A DNA stretch of 64,000 nt, taken from NCBI RefSeq assembly GCF_037042905.1, contig NC_087251.1, forward strand, positions 19,904,001 to 19,968,000. Direction: 5' to 3'. The stretch's first letter is position 1. Each line of letters begins with the position of its first letter. Position numbers and translations under genes: made by a program. The notes beneath the pieces are model-generated. The model had not been told where the DNA came from, did not search any database, and saw only the letters and a program-made list of their open reading frames with translations. Origin of the DNA: Lytechinus pictus. Lineage: Eukaryota. Positions 53,338-64,000 of this stretch are shown in pieces.

Positions 53338-54094
53338 AACACAAATAGATATATCTACACGTATTAAGTTGAATATCTTTGATTCTGTGCATTTTTTTCA
53401 TCTTGATTTTCACAAAATTGGTTTTCTCTACTCATCGTTACTCTCATTCTTCGTCGATATTTTTAAAAATATACATTTTATCGCTTTTTTACTTTCTATC
53501 ACATGAATAAGATTACAGTTTATCTTTAGCATTTGCGTAAAGCGGAGGGGGAAGAGAGCTGTTGACCCAGCAAAAAGAAAACAACTGTATTTTTTGCTAA
53601 AGCAAATATTCATATGTATATTTGAACATCGAACTTCATTTTATATCTGACAGATTTGACTGTTTATACATGCCAAATTCATAAAATATCTAATAATCTA
53701 TTTTAAAGAAATCATCGATTCTGGGATCACTCTCTTCGCTCACCTATAGAGCCTCTTGATCTTTATATTGGCATATTGGTATTATGAGTTGATCATACAA
53801 ATCAATATATAATGATTACATTGTTTATAATGATTATAGTGATAAGTAAGTGGTTTATTTCTTTGATTGCCAAAATATCACATACGACACAATATTTGCA
53901 TTAATTTGGGCAAAGTTTGGTAATAATACTAATAGGTCTCGGTGATAGTCACTCTGTGGTCTAAAGAACAAGCGAGAATGAAAGCGAAATTGTCGCGAAA
54001 AGAGTACTCATGAATAGCACGTTTCTATAAGTACTATATCTACTTATAACCTATCAATCGGGCGATGAACTACAAAATAACTACGTAACCATTA

Positions 54095-54312
54095 AGGCCT
54101 AGTTCCGCCGGAACCGAATCCGCTGCGAATCCATCCGAATACACGTATTCTGGTGGTTTCGGGAGTATTCTGTTCTTCCTACGCGAATGCGAGAAAATTC
54201 AGAAAGGATTCAGGAACGTTCAAATTCATCGAAATCATCCGAATTAGGCCGAATTCGGCTAGAATCAGTCCGAATTTATTCGGAATTATTCGGTTCGGCT
54301 GTAACTCTGGCT
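54095..54312. mobile_element. Short Harbinger-like MITE with (CCGAAT) motif repeats
   Basis: aggcctagttccgccggaaccgaat ... attcggttcggctgtaactctggct imperfect TIRs; multiple ccgaat/attcgg motifs. Confidence 0.55.
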
Positions 54313-54403
54313 TTACCACTCACACGTAGATTTTCCCGGTTTCGCTTTCACACAAGGCGCTGTGATTAGAAAGAAAATGTACTTGGAATATTACCATGAT
54401 TAA

Positions 54404-55733
54404 AGGGGCTTTCACATCGAAGGTTACGTAGAGTTGCGTGGAGTTACGTAGAGTTGCGTAGAGACTACGCAACACTACGCCGCTATTTTGCATACGCTAG
54501 TCTACGCAAGACTACGCAAGTGGGTACGCAGGAGGAACGCAGAAAATTAAACATGTTTAATTTTTTGGCCTACTGTTGGCGTAGAGCCAGAGAACGCAGG
54601 ACATACGCAAGCCTACGCAACACTTCGCAACTGTACGCCACTCCTACGCAACACTCCTTCATAATTATCTTGATAGAATTCAAAGTAAACCACCGTTTTA
54701 GCATATATACTGGCAAGAATATGGGTGTCGATCTGTATGCTTTGTTCTCTTGTGAGGGATCTTTTTTTTTAGCTTTTATTATTTTTTTATTTGGCCGGAG
54801 GTCAGTGGCGTAATGAGACTAAAGTTTTCGGGGCAAGACACGACAAAAGGGCAAAATAATTTCAAATTAAATTAGTGATCGAGGGAAGAGAGCGAGCCAA
54901 AAATAGCTTTTTAATACATAAATCAATTTATGACGGATTTTGTCATGATGTTTAAAACATATATCATATCATAATCAGTTGCAAAAATTTGGTTTATCTA
55001 TTCAAGAGGCTATTTTTGGCTCGGTCGCTTCCCTCGCTCACAGCATTTTGAAATTAATTTAGCCCTTTATGTCATGTCTTGCCCCGAAAACTTTAGAATG
55101 GACTTAACAGACAACTCATTATATTTTTATCCTACTTCACAGCAGTACAGTGTTCAGGACAGCAGCAAAGAGTTTTGTTTTATTTATGTATTTATTAAAA
55201 GTCAATGCATAACCTATAATACATACTATATAAATAAATCTCCTATGTTTTGAAATAAAACAGATCAAAGAAAATTAAAACATATACACGTAATTGAAAT
55301 TATTTGAAAAAAAGAAAAAAATATAACAATAATAAAAGGCAGAGTAAACGACATAAAATAGACAATAGTATATTTAAAATGAATAAATCTATGAAGCAAG
55401 AACCTCGAGAATGAATTACTTCAAAATCTTAAAAGCTTGTTGGGCTCCTGGGGACAGGAGAAAAAAAGCAAAGAGCATCAAAGTGTTGCTTGAGAAGCTT
55501 ATAAAGCAGGGAATGATATAGGCCTTCTGTATTTTGTTTCCACATGAGATGCCATACGCAACCGTACGCAACGCTACGTAGACACGTTACGCAACTTTAC
55601 GCAACTCTACGCGACACTATACTCTCCTACGCAGGGACTACGCCGATGACTACGCAGCGAATTTTCGCGTACTCCCTACGCAACTCCACGTAACTCTACG
55701 CAACTGTACGCAACCTTCGGTGTGAAAGCCCCT
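54404..55733. mobile_element. Harbinger-like non-autonomous element with TAA TSD and TACGCAAC motif arrays
   Basis: aggggctttcacatcgaaggttacgtagagttgcg ... cgcaactgtacgcaaccttcggtgtgaaagcccct; taa at 54401-54403 and 55734-55736. Confidence 0.85.
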
Positions 55734-56114
55734 TAAGGTATAGTTAAGACAAGTTCCGAGTAATTTACATAAAATGAATCAAGTAAAACCAAATGCAGTT
55801 AAGTGCGGGAAAAATCATAGGAAATAAAGATATTTTTTCTTGAGAGGAAACAGTCATAGTATATTTATGTTTGCCTTGTCCATTATATATTCAGATACAT
55901 GATACCGATTCTATTCGGGATATCAATATCGTATCACTGAGACGAATTTTTCATTGGCACATTATGTATCCCCTTTATCATTCATATAGACTACAAAGTA
56001 TATTAGAATATTTTTTTAAAATCTGTTCTTGAAGCAGAAAATCGAAAGGACAGGTTAACTTGTAAAGTCAGGATGATGATTCATTCTGTGTAACAATTTT
56101 TCGCAGATATACGT

Positions 56115-56368
56115 GAGTGGCGTAATGAGCCAAAAAATTTGAGGGGCCAGATATGGCGTATCGGGCAAATTTTATCAAAACTTTTCGAGCGAGTGAGCAA
56201 TAAATTTTGACATTTCTATTATAAATATCCAATTTTGTGATAGATTTTGGCATATTATTCAGAAAATATCATATTTCACCCTTCTCTTTTTCCTTTTCTT
56301 TTCTTTCCCTTTCTCTTTTTTTCTTGATCGTGATTTTTTTTTTTTGGGGGGGGGGGTTCAAGCCACTG
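56115..56368 (+). mobile_element. hAT-like MITE (CAGTGGCGTA type)
   Basis: gagtggcgta ... agccactg; 8-bp flanks atatacgt / atatacat; related to 61907-62169 (opposite strand) and to the fragment starting at 54802. Confidence 0.72.
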
Positions 56369-56787
56369 ATATACATATATATTGATAAAATCTTTCATAA
56401 TATACAATAATGATTAGCTTACATGATTATTGCATTCGCATTAGGTCGCTTATACATGGAGTTGCTGAAACCAAAGGAAAACCTTTAAAACAACAGTCAA
56501 TTTCGGTTTTGTTCATCCAAAATTCGTGGAATTTTAAGATTTGTTTCTGATTTGAGCTAAATAGACAGAATAATTCTGATCTTGATTTGATCTGGTGATA
56601 GTTACAAAAACCATCCGATTTCCGTTTTAATGAGAATTATGCACAATAAAACAACAATACTATCGAAATAATTATCATTAAACTTGATATTATAATTGAC
56701 ATTTTATTATCATTATTGATAATATGATTATCGTTTTATCATTATCGCTATTGTTTCCATTATCTCTACAATTATTATCATTCTTGC

Positions 56788-56933
56788 TGTAGCAATAGTA
56801 GTAGTAATAGTATAGTAGCAGTAGCAGTAACATAAGTAGCAGTAGTATTAGTAGTAGTATTAGTAGTAGTAGTAGTAGGTAGTAGTATAGTAGTAGTAGT
56901 AGTATTAGTAGTAGTAGTAGTAGTAGTAGCAGC

Positions 56934-56965
<32 letters not shown>

Positions 56966-57011
56966 AGGTAGTAGTAGTAGTAGGTAGTAGTAGTAGTAGT
57001 AGTGGTAGTAG
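56788..57011. repeat. Imperfect (TAG)n microsatellite
   Basis: Seen directly. Confidence 0.95.
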
Positions 57012-57680
57012 CTACAGCATTACCATTAAAATAATTGTTTCAAAATAACGAATTGTAATGAATTATATCGTTAACAAGATACCGACATTTTTAGAAAATA
57101 TGGTGAAATAACTATCAGACTCTAGTGCTCTCAGCACACACACACGCACACACCATCACATTCACGCACCCGCACACACGGTATTTTGATTCAGCAAATA
57201 TCATCATGGTGGAAACTCCAAATCACGTGACCTCTATTAGCCTCATTGATTGGAAGATGTCACACAGCCTTGGTAACACGTCTGATATCTCTCACCTGCG
57301 TCAATCGAACGGTGACATATTCTAAGCGCCATAATGCTGGGTCACATGATGCGATTATGATTCGATTAAGCTGAAAGTAGTACGACGATCATGACCTTTT
57401 TCAAGAAAATATTTAAAGGGCCATGATGGTTGTAAACTTCAGTCATTAGATTGCTATTTGAAAATCTGATGAGAACTCGGAAGGTCATGAAAAGGGTTCT
57501 ACATTTTTCTTAAGAAGAAAAAAAGGCTGATGATGAGGAGTGTAAATTCGGCAATGTGACGTGTGCTCGTAATCCAGCAGCATATTACAAACTGATTTAG
57601 ATTAGGACTAGATATTAATTGTTCGAGCCAGACACTTGGTAATGTCTGTCTGTCATATTCAAGACGTATTACATATTATA

Positions 57681-57687
57681 ACCCCCC

Positions 57688-57721
<34 letters not shown>
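57681..57721. repeat. (C)n(CA)n microsatellite
   Basis: Seen directly. Confidence 0.9.
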
Positions 57722-57724
<3 letters not shown>

Positions 57725-57944
57725 GACCTTTTAAAAAATAAATTCAAGATAAAAACAACAAAATTGAGAAATCTTCATTTAACATCAACAAGAAAATGTG
57801 AAAATATTTACCCAAAAAAATCTGCAGCAAATAAAGATGGAATGAAATACCTTTAAAATATATACTTTTGTACTTAAAAAAAACTTAGCTTAGCCCCGGC
57901 CCTCTATGTAACCTAATAGAACATGTAATTAATATTAATAAATA

Positions 57945-58381
57945 TCGGTATGCAAATGAGGAAACTGATGACGTCATCCACTCACTATTTCTCTTGCATT
58001 TTATTTTATGAAATATTCTTATTTTCTCCTCATTGTCAAGTGAAACAATGATTAATTCCTCCCTGAACATGTGGAATTAGCATTGTTTATAACTATATGG
58101 TTCAGTCAAGTTGGTCCTTATTGTCAAATCTGTATAAATTGAAACATTGTATAATTCAAACAATAGAAAACAAAAGAAATAGTGAGTGATGGACATTATC
58201 AACTGACTCATCTGCATGTCACTGAGTTGTGCATATCACTGTTTTGTGAAAAATAAGCGAAAATTTGAAATGCCATAACTTTCTTTTTTTACATCCGATT
58301 TTGATGAAATTTTCATCATTATGCTAGTTTGATTTTTCTCTATTTATTCAAATCAACATTTTTCTGGGGTGGACTTGACCT
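57945..58381. mobile_element. Kolobok-like MITE, left end missing
   Basis: Right end ggggtggacttgacct followed by ttaa; internal inverted pair cactcactatttct (~57979) / agaaatagtgagtg (~58175). Confidence 0.6.
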
Positions 58382-58694
58382 TTAAGCTTCCAAATAATAA
58401 AATAATAAAACACTTAAATTGACATATACACCCATACACACACACAACCAAAACACCCACACACATACATTAACAAACATAATATAAATATGTTCATGAA
58501 CATTTAATTTTGACATAGGATACAGAAAGAAAAATAATATTGTGTGCATCCGCACACAATATTATATATAATCAAATTGTCAATATCTTATGAAAGTATA
58601 ACAGAAATCATGAAGAACTGAGCTCTACATACGATACACAAACAATACGATACATATGCCCATAAACATAAAACAGTATTAATCTATATCTTAA

Positions 58695-59276
58695 AGGAGA
58701 ATGAAACTCTTGGAGCAAGTTAGCTTTTGTGAAAGCAGAAAAATCAAAGAATAAGATCAACAAAACTTTGAGTAAAATAGGACTAGCAATAAAAAAGTTA
58801 TGAGCATTTGAATGTCGAGATCACTAATGCTATGGAGATCCTCCCATTGGCAATGCGACCAAGATCTGTGATGTCACACACGTACAACTCTCCCATTCGG
58901 ACACTGAAAATATACCCCAAAACATCTCTTTTTGCTCATTCTAATCATATGACAAACGATTCATCAATGATATAATGTTGTGAAACCTCTGTACTTGTCA
59001 TCTCATAAAGAAAACACATAACCTTGTGATAGACTCTATAAAAGTGAGAATATAAGTGAAATAAGTACTAAAGTAATGAGGGAGTTGTACGTGTGTGATA
59101 TCACAGATCTTGGTCGCATTGCCGATGGGAGGATCTACATGGCACTAGTGATCTCAATATTCAAATGCTCATAACTTTCTTATTATTCATTCAATCTTCC
59201 TCAAACTTTCAACAATATGTTTTTTGATTTTTCTCTTTGATATGGATTCAGCTAGTTTCAAGGGTTTCATTCTCCT
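58695..59276. mobile_element. Kolobok-like MITE with TTAA TSD
   Basis: ttaa-aggagaatgaaac ... gtttcattctcct-ttaa; ~95-bp highly similar internal inverted repeat (58794-58890 vs 59080-59178). Confidence 0.88.
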
Positions 59277-59916
59277 TTAAGGCATATGTCAAATATACAA
59301 ATTTACGTAAAACAACTATTAATTATTTACATGTATTTATCTATCCATTCATTCATTCGAGAATTATTGATTTATTTACTCATTAATTTACACATTCATA
59401 TGTTTATCATTATATCCGTTCATTAGTCAACTCATCATTTGTGGATATACCTAAGAAATAATCAACCTCCTTTATGAAGTCCAACACTATCTCGAAATCT
59501 GCTCATACAGGGATTATAGGAAATTTCATTTTATCTTAGTTCTTTCCCCCACAATATCAAGTAAAAAGTGGTGTTTATAGCTCCACGCTGAGTGATGCCT
59601 TTAACATTTTTATACTTGAACAAAAACTAGTTTGGTATGTCGCATTGCAAGATTCAATTACATTGAGCCAATTTGTGATAATCGACATAAATAATTTCAA
59701 TATTAACACATTCCAATGCTTGTGGCAAATTGGCACCACAATTTATCAATCTGCAACTGATTTTCAGTAAAGATTGAGACGTAAGGACAGATAAATGTTG
59801 ACCCCCCCCCCCCACTTTCCGGGTTATATTCTATCTCTATCCCTCTCCCTCTCTCCCTCTCCCCCTTCACACTCTCTCTCTCTCTTTCTCTCTTCCTAAC
59901 TCTTTTGCTTACAGTT

Positions 59917-60145
59917 CCTCGGGGGGGGGGGGGGAGTCAAATGTATTGTTGTACACACGCGTGGCCAAATAATTTCCAAACACCCCACGAGTTTTTCTCT
60001 GTGTGCAAAATAACCCCCTAAACAAGTTTTTCGCGGGCTTTATTTACACATTTTGGCCCCTAAACAAGTTGTCGCCAGAATATGACCCCGGGAAAAAAGG
60101 CTTGGGGGGAACATACCCTAAACACGTTTGGCTAGTCTTAAAAAA
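59917..60145 (+). mobile_element. One end of a non-autonomous DNA transposon (G-run terminus)
   Basis: cctc(g)n-agtcaaatgtattgttgtacacacgcgtg followed by three ccctaaaca motifs (near 60015, 60058 and 60116); no partner end found. Confidence 0.45.
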
Positions 60146-60224
60146 AAGCTCTGGCAGCTTTGATCGGTCTGGTGCCGCTGATGTGACGGCAGTATTATAC
60201 AGGAATCAAACCACTCTTGAACTG

Positions 60225-60460
60225 TAGGGCGTGGCTGGGTGCTTCAACTCGTTTCCATTCTGGGCAAAGTAAAACCACAGCAGACGAGGAAAAAAAACAT
60301 ATAGCATGAATGCTTGTTATCAAGCCACAAGAGGACCGAAGGCTTGAAGTCTTCTTCGAGGGACCTGGTAATCAGGATATGTCTCACAAATTAAAAGACA
60401 CTATAGCGCATCGACGTATCAAACCCTGGTTACTGAAACCCCCGCTCTAGCGATATCACG
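60225..60460 (-). mobile_element. Degenerate SINE remnant
   Basis: Minus strand ggtccctcgaagaagacttcaagccttcggtcctc resembles the V/Meta-SINE central domain; a decayed B-box-like gggtttgatac lies upstream. Confidence 0.4.
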
Positions 60461-60968
60461 CGACCGTGTGATAACTGCAATGATATACAAGACATGAAAT
60501 TGTAATTATTTACATAGACAAGTGCAGGACTCAGAAACGATGACTATTTCCTGGTGTGGGATTCGAAACAAGTTCTATTAATATTGTTTTTGTCACCAAA
60601 AGCGTAAACTTTACTTTCATGACTTTAAAAATGGGATAATACAGAAAAGGTATTATATAATTAGCAAATTGGACAATATTCTTCATACTTTTTTAACTTA
60701 ATAATTTTGATGCCATTTTCGACCTGTTTGATATTAAGATAAAATCAAAGAAAAAATATCATTTCAATACAATTTTTCTGAATTAATACTTTCAGAGCAT
60801 TGCCAAAATATAAATATGTTGATACAATGTACTCAAGAGACCAAAATCTTCCAAGAAACCCATATTTCAAAATTTTAGCGGTAGAGGTTAGAAAGAGAAC
60901 ATAAATTACAAAATCTAATGTGTTTTAAGTGAAAAAACTGCAAGAGTGCATCTGCTGTAATTTACAAG

Positions 60969-61623
60969 TTCAATTCAATTCAATTCAAATTCAATTTATT
61001 CTTGATAATAATAAAACATCATCAAATTGTACATTCGTATATAAAAATATCATTACAAGAAAAGGAGGGCAACAAAAAGTTTACACTTGAAAATAAGAAG
61101 CCTCCAAAGAATACAGTAATTAATATATGTACACATCAGATGAAGAGGGGGGGGGGGAGCGAAACATGCTCATTCACACACAGACACATCCACCGAGACA
61201 CATCGTCATCATCACACACAAAAGCACACCCGAACATCCATCATCTTGGTTCATTCATTAACAAAAATAATACATATATAAATGAGGTGAGTTTGAATTC
61301 AAATTAGGAATAAGTACTAATAATGATCTTTTTGAGTTTGCATTTAAACGATGAAACAGTTGAACATGAAAAAAGGCATACATTGAGATTATTCCAAATT
61401 CGTGGCCCGGTAAACTTAAGAGTTCAGAATTAAGGTTGAAGCTGTTTTAGGGTAATGAAAGCTATTAGCAGAGCGAGTATTGTATCGGTGAAAGTCGTAG
61501 TTATATTGAAAAAGATTGATGATATTAATAGGAGCATATCTATATCTAACTGCGTGCATAAGTGTAGCAATCTTAAATTTATGAATATCGTAGACTGTCA
61601 TTGTTTTTAATCTAAAAAATAAT
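60969..61623 (-). mobile_element. 3' end of a LINE (L2/Crack group)
   Basis: ORF 61416-61601 (...HRYNTRSANSFHYP...) and downstream FTGPRIWNNL...SSFKCKLKR are typical of the RT C-terminus; the 3' end is aataaa plus a (TTGAA)n tail. Confidence 0.78.
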
Positions 61624-61906
61624 GTAAAGTAAAGTAAAATTGGTTAAGTGTTTAAAGCCAAGTTTTTGCGACAACAATTATGGAGAAAGGAAAAATCATT
61701 CAGAGGATACCGCGTTGTTCCAAAATTATGAATAAACTGGTATAAGTAAACTAAACTTGAGCCCTATCTTTTGAAGTATATTCATACGATGTGTATTAAT
61801 TATCATTATTTTGATCGTTTTGTATTTTTAGTCAAATATTTTTCATTTTTTCTAATCTTTTTACATAGTTGTATCTACGTAGGTCTGATTATGAGTTTCC
61901 CAAAGG

Positions 61907-62169
61907 CACTGGCGTACAGTTGAAGGGGGAGGGGGTGTGAGACACGGACACAAAAGAAAAATTAAAAAAAAACAAGAAAAAAGGAGAAAAATTAAAGTGG
62001 GTGAAATTAAAAATTATTTTCTGATTATTATGGGAAAATCTGTGACAAAATTAGATTATCGCATTGAAAATTTCACAATTTTGCTCGCACTCTTTGCTCG
62101 CTTGCACCTTTTATAAATTTTGCCACATGTCTGGCCCTTCAGTTTTTTTGGGGGCTCATGACGCTACTG
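61907..62169 (-). mobile_element. hAT-like MITE, same family as 56115-56368
   Basis: cactggcgta ... tgacgctactg; 8-bp flanks cccaaagg / tcaaaagg; reverse complement is colinear with the 56115 copy. Confidence 0.62.
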
Positions 62170-62699
62170 TCAAAAGGGGAATGACATATGTCATGGATGA
62201 TAAGGAATAAATACCTCACTATTATGGAGAAATAGTGCGCATTGAATGAAAAAATGTCGTGACTGTAACGATTATAAAAATGTGAAGTACATCAAAACAA
62301 GAGTTAGTTTACAGACACAAATAATTATGTCTCCAATTAGTTTTGTAAGTGTTGAATAACAGATCATAGACAATGATGGGTAACCTGGTTAAACATGATG
62401 TTTTAAAGGAATAATTCGGACGTTGTTTTTTTTATATATTAACAAATAGATTTTCAAAAGCCATGTGACAGGAGATTAAGTGAAAGTGTCCCTTCTGATT
62501 CTGATCTTGTCCTCAAAATCGAATACCTTTAAGGGTGACGAGAATTTATCTTATACCATGAATTTTATCTTACAGAACTCATCACTGTAGGAACGTGACC
62601 TATTGATCAATGGTTTGAATTGCCAAAAGTCCAAAACCGTGTTACAGATATTAATAGTACCTGATTATTTGAAATTATGAAACACTAAACTAAATAGAA

Positions 62700-63446
62700 T
62701 TCAAAGAAATTGCAAGTACATTGGCGGGTAAGCTATCCATTTCCGTAAAATTCGGTTAAAGACGTTTCTGAGAAGGGTTACTCTTAACCATGTTAACAAC
62801 GAGCTCGCGGGATTTCCCCCAAAACGGACGAACAATCAAAAGTGATTTCGAGATGTCATGCGTCTATTTGGAGTGAAATAAGTTCATAAGTGATACAAAG
62901 TTACAACTTTGAAGTCTGCATTTAGAGTCTGTTTGTTAGTCTAGAAAGGAAGTTTATTATGATTGAATATGAAATGTCAACATCCTGCCTATCCGGTATT
63001 CTCTTTCCTGGACTAGTTTAGATCAAGTGCAGTCAGAGTAGTTAGACTCCATACTCAGTGTATAGAGAGTGGGTGAAGGTATACAGTGGTTGGTTGATGG
63101 AACAGACAGGGTGAGAGGACAACACAGCGGTAACCCATGACAACCAGCTGCTCAAACCGCTCAAGACCTAGCAGCCATGTTGGGTGTCAGCAGGTAACCA
63201 TCGCACGCTTGGCCTCGGGGTCGCTCGCCCAAGCTTCATGTGATTGTGGAGTCTTGTATGCTATGCAAGCATTTACACGGAGCAAGGCATCTTGAGAGTG
63301 AAAGTTATAATTGTTTTTCTTGACCTGGTCGATGGAGTAGAGACTACACGTCGCGCTCCCCATCCCAACATCCATGCTGATATCATCTTGGCTGCAACCT
63401 TATCCCTTGGATGGTTGTATGACGACGACTCGGGTGTTATCCCGCC
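62700..63446 (+). promoter_or_regulatory. Probable proximal promoter and 5' leader of Six4/5
   Basis: Repeat-free sequence with rising GC directly upstream of the ATG. The TSS cannot be located from sequence alone. Confidence 0.5.
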
Positions 63447-64000
63447 ATGGAAGCAGCACCTACGCCACTTGAAACGGTGAGATCGGAATTAGACACGACC
63501 ATGAGCGTGGCGGAGTCAGATATCAACCTCAGCTCAGCCGGTGATACTTCCAGCACCACAGACTCCAACGCTGGGATATCATTACCCGTGCCCACCAGCT
63601 TGATATCGAATGTAGATAACCCAACATGCAGTAAAAGCAAGGAAGTGGAGTGCCTCAATTCGCAGTTGAACAATCAGCACGGAGTTATCTCGGGTGGTGC
63701 CGGGAATGGCGGGCCTGGTATCCTCTCTTTCTCCGCCCAACAAGTCGTCTGCGTCTGTGAGGCGTTGCGACAAGAAGGCAATATCGACAGATTAGCACGA
63801 TTTCTTTGGACGTTACCTGCTGACGAGACTCTCCAGAATGATGAGACGGTGTTGCGGGCACGCGCTGCGGTGGCATACCACCAGGGCCATTATAGGGAAC
63901 TTTACAACCTCCTCCAAAACCATAACTTTAACCCAGCCTTCCATACAGAACTCCAGGACCTGTGGTACCAAGCCCACTATAAGGAATCTGAAAAGTTACG
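63447..64000 (+). CDS. Six4/5: SIX-family homeobox transcription factor, Six4/5 subfamily; first coding exon, 3'-partial (N-terminus plus most of the SIX domain)
   Basis: Manual translation from gccATGG at 63447 (in-frame TGA upstream at 63420-63422) is open to the window end: MEAAPTPLETVRSELDTTMSVAESDINLSS...GPGILSFSAQQVVCVCEALRQEGNIDRLARFLWTLPADETLQNDETVLRARAAVAYHQGHYRELYNLLQNHNFNPAFHTELQDLWYQAHYKESEKLR. This matches the SIX domain pattern (FS..QV.CVCE.L...G.I.RL.RFLW.LP...LQ.LW..AHY.E.EK.R). CVCEAL, RLARFLW, (Y/F)HQG and LWY point to Six4/5 rather than Six1/2 or Six3/6. The diagnostic homeodomain tetrapeptide lies outside the window. Confidence 0.93.
   Translation, partial: MEAAPTPLETVRSELDTTMSVAESDINLSSAGDTSSTTDSNAGISLPVPTSLISNVDNPTCSKSKEVECLNSQLNNQHGVISGGAGNGGPGILSFSAQQVVCVCEALRQEGNIDRLARFLWTLPADETLQNDETVLRARAAVAYHQGHYRELYNLLQNHNFNPAFHTELQDLWYQAHYKESEKL

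Noticed and set aside
61..55910. Scattered GGTATCA/TGATACC Six-type sites as evidence of autoregulation
   Set aside because: The number seen is about what base composition predicts for a 7-mer in 64 kb; no clustering.
57466..57496. CTGATGA...GAAA hammerhead-like spacing
   Set aside because: The intervening bases cannot form stem II.
63187..63876. Minus-strand and alternative-frame ORFs over the Six gene
   Set aside because: Shadow ORFs of the Six4/5 exon and leader.

Overview
Eukaryotic, AT-rich animal genomic DNA. The repeat families look echinoid (sea urchin); this assignment is from recognition only and is unverified. The only supported host gene is at the far right: the first coding exon of a Six4/5-subfamily homeobox gene on the + strand (ATG at 63447, SIX domain from about 63729, running off the window end). 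The ORF track misses it because no stop codon lies inside the window. The preceding ~63 kb has no recognisable host exon. It contains (i) many non-autonomous DNA transposons (CACT-ended fold-backs with 2-bp TSDs, hAT-like MITEs with 8-bp TSDs, TTAA/Kolobok-like and TAA/Harbinger-like MITEs, two copies of a Helentron-associated tandem-repeat element); (ii) two 5'-truncated LINE fragments and tRNA-derived SINEs, several of them nested; (iii) long (TAG)n microsatellites; and (iv) GC/CpG-elevated, apparently unique blocks that are candidate long-range enhancers. The most unusual item is a 159-bp insertion at 16073-16231, flanked by an exact 15-bp duplication. It contains a 47-bp-arm palindrome made of two back-to-back, 5'-damaged hammerhead-ribozyme-like motifs, resembling a Penelope-like retroelement footprint. 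I found no evidence for a novel multi-gene system.
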